From assembly GCF_000341895.1 (NCBI RefSeq), contig NC_020409.1, forward strand, positions 690,001 through 722,000: DNA of 32,000 nucleotides. Direction: 5' to 3'. Positions 25,796-32,000 of the stretch are shown here, piece after piece. Below the pieces are notes generated by a model. It was given only the letters and a program-made list of their open reading frames with translations, did no database searches and was not told the DNA's origin. Each line of letters begins with the position of its first letter. Position 1 is the first letter of the stretch. The stretch is from Pseudodesulfovibrio piezophilus C1TLV30 (GTDB lineage: Bacteria; Desulfobacterota; Desulfovibrionia; Desulfovibrionales; Desulfovibrionaceae). The position numbers and the translations under genes were made by a program.

Positions 25796-26589
25796 AAATC
25801 GGAATCGACATCGGCTCCCGCTCTATAGAGTTGGTAGCTCTTCGCGATGGAAAACTCTGCCACTCTGCGCGAGTTCCAACGACATTCGACCCAATTTCAC
25901 AGTGTTCCAAACTGTTGGATGGATTGCGCCCAGCCTCCTTGGTCGGGACCGGTTACGGACGCAATCTCATCCAACGTTTGGGGCTGGAATGCCCATGCGA
26001 CACAATCACGGAAATCAAAGCTCATGCCATTGGGGCATTCTCGTTGTTTCCCCAAGTACGGACAGTCCTCGATATAGGAGGACAAGACACCAAAGCTGTC
26101 TCCATCTCCGCAGGACGAGTCTTAAAATTTGAAATGAATGATCGATGTGCAGCCGGAACCGGTAAATTCCTGGAATACACAGCCGGAGTTTTTCAGATAC
26201 CGGTTGAAGACTTTGGGAGTTATGCCATGAAAGGACACAATCCCCCGGAAATAAGCTCTATCTGCACAGTCTTTGCAGAAACGGAAGCCACATCCCTCAT
26301 GGCTCGTGGAGAATCTCCCGAAAGTATTGCACTGGGATTACATAAAGCCATCGTCAAACGAACCATTACGATGATGCGCCGTGTCGGCCTAAAAACCCCA
26401 ATTGTTTTCTCTGGCGGTGTAGCAAATAATCTCTGTGTTCTCTCCTTACTCGCTCATGAAACTGGAGCGGCCCTGGGGGAAGAACTGCTTGTCCCTGATG
26501 AACCAGATATGATTGGCGCTCTTGGTGCTGCCTTGCATTGTGAAACCCTTACCAGATCGAACTCCCCCTCAGCTAATAAGATCTTCTGA
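25792..26589 (+). CDS. HgdC/BcrAD_BadFG-type ATPase (CoA-substrate-specific enzyme activase / DCCP-R-like reductase)
   Basis: The GTG start overlaps the upstream stop (GTGA). Motifs are IGIDIGS, DIGGQDTK, NDRCAAGTGKFLE and ICTVFAETE, which include the cluster-bridging Cys residues. Confidence 0.9.
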   Translation: MKIGIDIGSRSIELVALRDGKLCHSARVPTTFDPISQCSKLLDGLRPASLVGTGYGRNLIQRLGLECPCDTITEIKAHAIGAFSLFPQVRTVLDIGGQDTKAVSISAGRVLKFEMNDRCAAGTGKFLEYTAGVFQIPVEDFGSYAMKGHNPPEISSICTVFAETEATSLMARGESPESIALGLHKAIVKRTITMMRRVGLKTPIVFSGGVANNLCVLSLLAHETGAALGEELLVPDEPDMIGALGAALHCETLTRSNSPSANKIF

Positions 26590-26758
26590 TTCGATATTTT
26601 TGATCAATTTGATCCCTCCTGGCGATCCAGAGAACAATACCAAGGGAATTGTGAAATCCGATTATCCTCTACATCGCTTAACCCAAACGTCCTGACCCTG
26701 ATGACCACCGCTAAATCAGATAAAACAATCGAGTTTGACACATAGTTCCTCTTTAGTG

Positions 26759-26852
26759 TTGACTTTTTCGAAACGAAAACATAAATCCCGCCATCGGTCG
26801 GTGACAGGCTTTGCCTCTTCATTTGACAGGTTCGACTATAAACCGAAAAAAT
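26759..26852 (+). promoter_or_regulatory. Candidate sigma-70 promoters upstream of speA
   Basis: Two alternatives are present: TTGACT (26759-26764)-N17-TAAATC, and TTGACA (26823-26828)-N18-AAAAAT. The -10 elements are weak and neither can be preferred from sequence alone. Confidence 0.3.
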
Positions 26853-26876
26853 TCCAATTAAATGGAGGATTTATGA

Positions 26877-28790
26877 GTGACCCCTTCACTGGAAAGATGG
26901 ACCGCTGAACGGTCCGCAGAACTCTACGGCGTCCGCGAGTGGGGCGCTGGTTTCTTCGGCATCTCCGATAAAGGTGAACTTCAGGTAACTTCATCTCCCG
27001 CATGTTTTGACAATGCGGTCAGTATTCCTGAGATCATCGCTGGAGTTCAGGAGCGCGGGCTTGATATGCCTGTTCTGCTTCGCATCGAGAATATCCTCGA
27101 CACACAAATTTCCCTGCTCAACGACAGCTTTCAGGCTGCCATCCAGAGTCTCGACTATCGAGGCTCATATCTTGGTGCATACCCTATCAAGGTTAACCAA
27201 CAGCAGCAGGTAGTGGAAGCCGTGACTCGTCACGGCAAAAAATACCACCATGGTCTGGAAGCCGGGAGCAAGGCCGAACTGATAGCAGCCATGGGTATGC
27301 TTGGCGATACCGAAGCAGTCCTCGTCTGCAACGGCTACAAGGACGAAGAATTTGTCGACCTTGGCCTTCATGCGACCCAACTGGGTTTCCAGTGCATTCT
27401 TGTTGTGGAAATGCCGGGCGAGCTTCCGTTGATCATCGAACGCTCAAAAGCCCTCGGAATCAAACCCATCTTGGGAGTGCGAGTCAAACTTTCCTCCCAG
27501 GCGAACGGTTTATGGGCCGAGTCAGGTGGCGACAGGTCTATTTTCGGTCTCAATGTAGCGCAAATCATCGACGTCATCGACAGCCTTAAAGAGGCTGATA
27601 TGCTCGACTGCCTGCAACTGCTCCATTACCATCTGGGATCACAGATCCCGAACATTCGAGAGATACGTAATGCCGTGGCTGAAGCCACCCGCGTTTACGC
27701 CGGACTGGTAGCGGAAGGCGCAGGAATGCGTTATCTTGATTTGGGGGGTGGGCTTGCTGTTGACTACGATGGTACCCAAACCAACTTTATGAGCAGTCGC
27801 AACTACTCGGTCAATGAATACTGCGTCGATGTAGTGGAAGGTGTCATGACCGTCCTTGATGAACAGAAAATCGACCATCCAATCATCATCACCGAATCTG
27901 GACGCGCTCTGGTTGCGTATTATTCGATGCTCCTTTTCAATGTGCTTGATTCTGCACGATTTGAACCTGAGCCCTTGCCGGAGAGTCTCCCGGAAGGAAC
28001 GAATATTCATATTCAACACCTCTTTGAAACATTGCAGGTCCTCAATATCCGTAATGTTCAGGAGTGTTTTAACGATATTCTCTACTACCGAGATGAAGTA
28101 CGCCAGGCATTCAATCACGGAAAAATGACGTTCCGAGAGCGCGCTCTTGGTGACAACGTTTTCTGGGAAACTATTAATCGAATCGCCTCATTGGCCAAAG
28201 ACCTTCACGCCCTCCCTCACGAATTGGAAGGGATTACAGAAGCATTGTCTGACATTTATTATTGTAACTTCAGCGTGTTCCAATCTCTTCCTGATGCCTG
28301 GGCAATAGGACAGCTCTTTCCTGTCATGCCTGTGCACAGGCTCAATGAGAAACCGGTACGTGAAGGATTGCTGGCAGACATTACCTGTGATTGCGATGGA
28401 AAAATTGATCGTTTCATTGATAGCCAGGGAGTCAAACGGACCATGCGCCTCCATGAATTGAAAGAATCCGAAGAGTATTACCTCGGGGCCTTTCTTGTCG
28501 GTGCCTATCAGGAAACTCTTGGTGATCTCCATAACCTGCTTGGTGATACGAATATTGTCACAGTCAGGATCAAGGAGAATGGGGAATTTGACTTTGTCGG
28601 CGAATTGGAAGGAGATACGGTAGAAGATATTCTTTCCTATGTGGAATATGATACCAAAGCTCTGTTCAATCGATTTCGTGAAACTGCTGAAGAAGCGGTT
28701 CGACAAGGACGCATCACCCCTATCCAGAGGCGTGAAACTCTCCGGGCCTACAAAAATGGGCTTCAGGGTTACACTTACTTCGAACGATAA
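26877..28790 (+). CDS. speA: Biosynthetic arginine decarboxylase (PLP-dependent)
   Basis: 637 aa with the N-terminal WTAERSAELYGVREWGAGFF motif, the PLP-Lys context YPIKVNQQ, and the motif ESGRALVA. The only in-frame start close to the conserved N-terminus is the GTG at 26877, with GGAGG 9 nt upstream. Confidence 0.9.
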   Translation: MTPSLERWTAERSAELYGVREWGAGFFGISDKGELQVTSSPACFDNAVSIPEIIAGVQERGLDMPVLLRIENILDTQISLLNDSFQAAIQSLDYRGSYLGAYPIKVNQQQQVVEAVTRHGKKYHHGLEAGSKAELIAAMGMLGDTEAVLVCNGYKDEEFVDLGLHATQLGFQCILVVEMPGELPLIIERSKALGIKPILGVRVKLSSQANGLWAESGGDRSIFGLNVAQIIDVIDSLKEADMLDCLQLLHYHLGSQIPNIREIRNAVAEATRVYAGLVAEGAGMRYLDLGGGLAVDYDGTQTNFMSSRNYSVNEYCVDVVEGVMTVLDEQKIDHPIIITESGRALVAYYSMLLFNVLDSARFEPEPLPESLPEGTNIHIQHLFETLQVLNIRNVQECFNDILYYRDEVRQAFNHGKMTFRERALGDNVFWETINRIASLAKDLHALPHELEGITEALSDIYYCNFSVFQSLPDAWAIGQLFPVMPVHRLNEKPVREGLLADITCDCDGKIDRFIDSQGVKRTMRLHELKESEEYYLGAFLVGAYQETLGDLHNLLGDTNIVTVRIKENGEFDFVGELEGDTVEDILSYVEYDTKALFNRFRETAEEAVRQGRITPIQRRETLRAYKNGLQGYTYFER

Positions 28791-28825
28791 GCATACTCTT
28801 TCAAGAGATATATGAGGATACGACA

Positions 28826-30016
28826 ATGTCCAAAGTTCTGATCATCGGCGCTGGTGGCGTCAGCAGCGTGACGGTACACAAATGTGCCATGGCCCCTGAG
28901 ATTTTTTCCGATATCCACCTCGCAAGCCGAACCAAATCCAAATGCGATGCCATTGCTGCGTCTGTTAAGGAACGGACCGGTATGGATATATCGACCTCGC
29001 AGCTGGATGCAGACAATGTCAATGAGACAGTCAAACTCATTCGAAAAGTCAAACCTGACCTTCTCGTCAACCTGGCCTTACCATATCAAGATCTTCCACT
29101 CATGGATGCCTGTCTTGAAGCTGGCGTTAATTACCTTGATACTGCCAACTACGAACCACCGGACGAAGCCAAGTTCGAATACAAATGGCAATGGGCCTAT
29201 CAGGAGCGCTTCAAGGAAGCCGGCCTCATGGCCCTGCTTGGTTCCGGATTTGACCCAGGTGTCACCAATGTTTTTGCTGCCCATGCCATGAAGCATCATT
29301 TTGATGAAATCCATGAGTTGGATATCATCGACTGCAATGCCGGAGATCACGGCCAGGCCTTTGCCACCAACTTCAACCCGGAAATCAACATCCGGGAAAT
29401 CACGCAACGCGGCCGGTATTGGGAACGCGGTGAATGGGTAGAGACAGATCCCCTCGCTTGGTCCATGGATTATGAATTCCCAGAGGGGATCGGCAAAAAG
29501 AAATGCTATCTAATGTACCATGAGGAATTGGAATCCTTGGCACTGCATATTAAAGGTCTTAAACGAGCCCGCTTCTGGATGACCTTTGGGGATCAATATC
29601 TGACCCATCTGCGTGTGCTGGAAGGAATTGGCATGACGTCTATCGAACCGATCAATTACAATGGGCAACAAATCCAGCCACTTCAATTTCTCAAGGCTAT
29701 CCTGCCTGAACCAGGTTCCCTTGGCCCCTTGACCAAGGGCAGGACATGCATAGGCAATGTCATGAAAGGTCTTAAAGATGGCAGGGAAAAGAAGATGTAT
29801 GTTTACAATATATGCAGTCACGAAGCAGCATATGCAGAAGTCGGTTCTCAGGCCATCTCATATACAACGGGTGTTCCGGCCATGATAGGTGCCATGATGA
29901 TGCTCACTGGCAAGTGGACCGGCAACGGCGTTTTTCATATGGAACAATTCGACCCTGATCCATTCATGACTGCTCTGAATCAATACGGGTTACCGTGGCA
30001 GGAAGTGGAGCTGTAG
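28826..30016 (+). CDS. Carboxynorspermidine/carboxyspermidine dehydrogenase (saccharopine dehydrogenase family)
   Basis: 396 aa with an N-terminal Rossmann motif (VLIIGAGGV). Its length, composition and position directly upstream of nspC are typical of this enzyme. Confidence 0.9.
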   Translation: MSKVLIIGAGGVSSVTVHKCAMAPEIFSDIHLASRTKSKCDAIAASVKERTGMDISTSQLDADNVNETVKLIRKVKPDLLVNLALPYQDLPLMDACLEAGVNYLDTANYEPPDEAKFEYKWQWAYQERFKEAGLMALLGSGFDPGVTNVFAAHAMKHHFDEIHELDIIDCNAGDHGQAFATNFNPEINIREITQRGRYWERGEWVETDPLAWSMDYEFPEGIGKKKCYLMYHEELESLALHIKGLKRARFWMTFGDQYLTHLRVLEGIGMTSIEPINYNGQQIQPLQFLKAILPEPGSLGPLTKGRTCIGNVMKGLKDGREKKMYVYNICSHEAAYAEVGSQAISYTTGVPAMIGAMMMLTGKWTGNGVFHMEQFDPDPFMTALNQYGLPWQEVEL

Positions 30017-31185
30017 TGAACGGACACCTGGAATACCGTTTTGCCCCCACCGAGGTCGAAACGCCAAGCTATGTTATCGACGAAGGATTGCTCAGAGATA
30101 ATCTAGCAATCCTTTCCTCGGTCAAGGAAAGGGCTGGGTGTAAAATTTTGCTCGCCCTCAAGTGCTTTGCGATGCACGACATATTCTCAATATTGGCGAA
30201 AACGCTCGATGGAGTCTGCGCCAGTTCTCCACATGAAGCAAGGCTGGGACATGAAGAATTTGGCAAAGAAGTTCATACCTTCGCTGCCGGATATTCTGAA
30301 GCTGACATCCATGCTCTATGCTCTATCAGTGATCACATTGTCTTTAATTCATTTGCTCAACTCGACCGATTCCGCCCTCTGGTCAAAAAAATCACAGCTG
30401 ACAACGGTCGAAAAATAGAACTGGCCCTGCGCATCAACCCAGAACATTCAGAAGGAACCACACCTCTTTATGATCCCTGCGCTCCCGGCTCTCGATTAGG
30501 CATTCGCCGGGATCAATTCAACTCACAAAATCTGGACGGAATCGCCGGTCTTCATTGGCACAATCTCTGCGAGCAGGATGCGGATTGCCTAGAGCGCACA
30601 ATAACCGCCGTAGAAAAACAGTTTGCGGGCATTCTCCCGCTTATGCGCTACGTCAATTTCGGTGGTGGGCATCATATTACCCGCCCTGGCTATAACGTTG
30701 AACTCCTGATTGAACTCATATCCCGCTTCAAAAAAAAATGGGATGTTGAAGTCTATCTGGAACCAGGCGAAGCCGTCGCACTGAATACGGGATATCTTGT
30801 CACGACAGTCCTTGATATTATCGAAGCAGATATGCCTGTGGTCATTATGGATTCCGCTGTCCCCTGTCATATGCCCGATGTGATTGAAATGCCATACAGA
30901 CCGCATATCGTGTACTCTGCACCCCCCAATGCCAAAGCCTGGACCTGTCGAATAGGCGGACCATCCTGTCTTGCCGGAGATATTGCCGGAGAGTATTCTT
31001 TTGATACTCCCTTGAGTATCGGAGAAAAAATCATATTCACCGACATGGCTATTTATACGATGGTTAAAACCAATACATTCAACGGCATCCCATTACCGTC
31101 TATATACCGGTTTGCTCCCGAAAAAAATCTTCTCACCCTTGTCCGTCAATTCGGCTATGCCGAATTCCGTGACAGACTTTCCTAG
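30016..31185 (+). CDS. nspC: Carboxynorspermidine/carboxyspermidine decarboxylase
   Basis: A group IV PLP decarboxylase-like protein with motifs TPSYVIDE, ALKC and GGGHH. There is no in-frame ATG near the N-terminus. The GTG at 30016 overlaps the upstream TAG and has GGAG 5 nt upstream. The GTG at 29995 is an alternative. Confidence 0.85.
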   Translation: MNGHLEYRFAPTEVETPSYVIDEGLLRDNLAILSSVKERAGCKILLALKCFAMHDIFSILAKTLDGVCASSPHEARLGHEEFGKEVHTFAAGYSEADIHALCSISDHIVFNSFAQLDRFRPLVKKITADNGRKIELALRINPEHSEGTTPLYDPCAPGSRLGIRRDQFNSQNLDGIAGLHWHNLCEQDADCLERTITAVEKQFAGILPLMRYVNFGGGHHITRPGYNVELLIELISRFKKKWDVEVYLEPGEAVALNTGYLVTTVLDIIEADMPVVIMDSAVPCHMPDVIEMPYRPHIVYSAPPNAKAWTCRIGGPSCLAGDIAGEYSFDTPLSIGEKIIFTDMAIYTMVKTNTFNGIPLPSIYRFAPEKNLLTLVRQFGYAEFRDRLS

Positions 31186-31195
31186 GAGATGACTC

Positions 31196-32000
31196 ATGGC
31201 ATCACATTTTCTCGCTGGTGAAATTCAAAATGCAAAGCCAGAAAACGCCACTTTCCATGTGATCCCAGTTCCCCTTGAAGCATCGGTTTCCTATGGCGCA
31301 GGGACTGCGGCAGGCCCCGAAGGAATTCTGACTGCTTCAAGACAACTGGAATTATGGGACGGCACAAGCGTCCCTGCCAACTTTGGCATTCACACAGCTG
31401 ATCCGGTGGACTGTTCCGGGAAGATAGCAAAAACACTGGACCGCATTGAAGATGCCGTGGCATATGCTCTGGAATGCGAAGCCATGCCACTTGTCCTTGG
31501 CGGAGAGCACACCGTGACCTTGGGGGCATTACGCGGTATGAAACAGGCTCGACGCAAGTTTGGAGTAGTCCAATTTGATGCACATGCAGACCTTCGAGAT
31601 ACTTACGAAGGTTCACCCTACAGCCACGCTTGTGTCATGCGACGGGCTACGGAAGACCTGAACATTCCCGTTTTCCAAATTGGAGTACGCGCCCTGTGTG
31701 AAGAAGAAGCGGTGTACCGCCAAAAAAACGAAATACCACATCTTGATGCTCGCCAACTTCATCTCAAAGGTATCCCGACGCACATCCTTCCCTCGGACTT
31801 TCCGGACAGGATATATATATCCTTTGATGTAGACGGACTGGATCCCTCAGTGATTCGTTCCACAGGCACACCGGTTCCCGGTGGCCTGAATTGGCACAAT
31901 ACTTTGACACTTTTGGAGCGTATTCTGGAGAACAGAACACTTATTGGTGCCGATGTTGTCGAACTCGCTCCACAATCTGGTGATCATGCTTCAGACTTTG
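31196..32000 (+). CDS. speB: Agmatinase (arginase/ureohydrolase family); the 3' end lies outside the window
   Basis: This gene is absent from the supplied ORF track because no stop occurs in the window. My translation gives MASHFLAGEIQ...GGEHTVT...QFDAHADLRD...ISFDVDGLDPS...GADVVELAP, which are the Mn-binding motifs of the family. AGGAG lies 7 nt upstream. Confidence 0.9.
   Translation, partial: MASHFLAGEIQNAKPENATFHVIPVPLEASVSYGAGTAAGPEGILTASRQLELWDGTSVPANFGIHTADPVDCSGKIAKTLDRIEDAVAYALECEAMPLVLGGEHTVTLGALRGMKQARRKFGVVQFDAHADLRDTYEGSPYSHACVMRRATEDLNIPVFQIGVRALCEEEAVYRQKNEIPHLDARQLHLKGIPTHILPSDFPDRIYISFDVDGLDPSVIRSTGTPVPGGLNWHNTLTLLERILENRTLIGADVVELAPQSGDHASDF

Noticed and set aside
26604-26822. 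72-aa minus-strand ORF in the activase-speA intergenic region
   Set aside because: No SD precedes the ATG, the product has no motif, and it overlaps the likely speA promoter region. I treat it as non-coding.
27639-28826. Minus-strand ORFs of 159 and 212 aa inside speA
   Set aside because: They are antisense to a gene with clear arginine decarboxylase motifs. They show no independent coding signals.
31194-31616. 140-aa minus-strand ORF, the only ORF listed for this region
   Set aside because: The + strand encodes an agmatinase with all the arginase-family metal-binding motifs. The minus-strand ORF is its antisense shadow.
1-32000. Scan for CRISPR repeats, IS or transposon ends, integrases, tRNA or rRNA genes, and toxin-antitoxin or defence-type gene pairs
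   Set aside because: By eye I found no regularly spaced repeats, terminal inverted repeats or recombinase-like ORFs, and no T-arm-like GGTTCGAATCC sequences in the intergenic regions. All large ORFs are accounted for by metabolic, transport or signalling genes.

Overview
This window looks like chromosomal metabolic and signalling DNA. I found no transposase or integrase genes, CRISPR arrays, tRNA or rRNA genes. The content, left to right:

1. **1-4161 (+):** the 3' part of a sugar/polyol-type ABC importer. It holds a truncated ATPase tail, two permeases, a DUF2160-like small membrane protein and a large 575-aa solute-binding protein.
2. **4417-10125 (+):** a translationally coupled signalling operon. 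It encodes a type-I periplasmic-binding lipoprotein, a Cache/PAS histidine kinase, a REC-HDOD regulator and a REC regulator with a degenerate HD-GYP domain. No DNA-binding output is present.
3. **10211-12808 (-):** a convergent multi-PAS histidine kinase that is a paralog of the first kinase.
4. **12991-24295:** a complete C-P lyase phosphonate cluster. phnGHIJKLM and phnCDE are on the + strand. phnF, a DUF1045/2H-phosphoesterase gene and phnN are on the - strand. phnP and phnO are absent.
5. **24521-26589 (+):** an isolated two-gene module. It pairs a single HgdB/BcrB-family iron-sulfur subunit with an HgdC-type ATPase activase, which is the double-cubane-cluster protein (DCCP/DCCP-R) architecture.
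6. **26877-32000 (+):** a polyamine operon of speA, carboxy(nor)spermidine dehydrogenase, nspC and speB. speB runs off the window and is missing from the supplied ORF track.

The gene content suggests an anaerobic Desulfobacterota-like host, but this is inference only.

I do not see a clear new multi-gene system such as a defence island. The best candidates for undescribed biology are the orphan DCCP-like reductase pair, the kinase operon whose only outputs are non-catalytic HD-superfamily domains, and the DUF1045 gene that appears to replace phnP.

All functional calls rest on motif recognition by eye. No searches were run.
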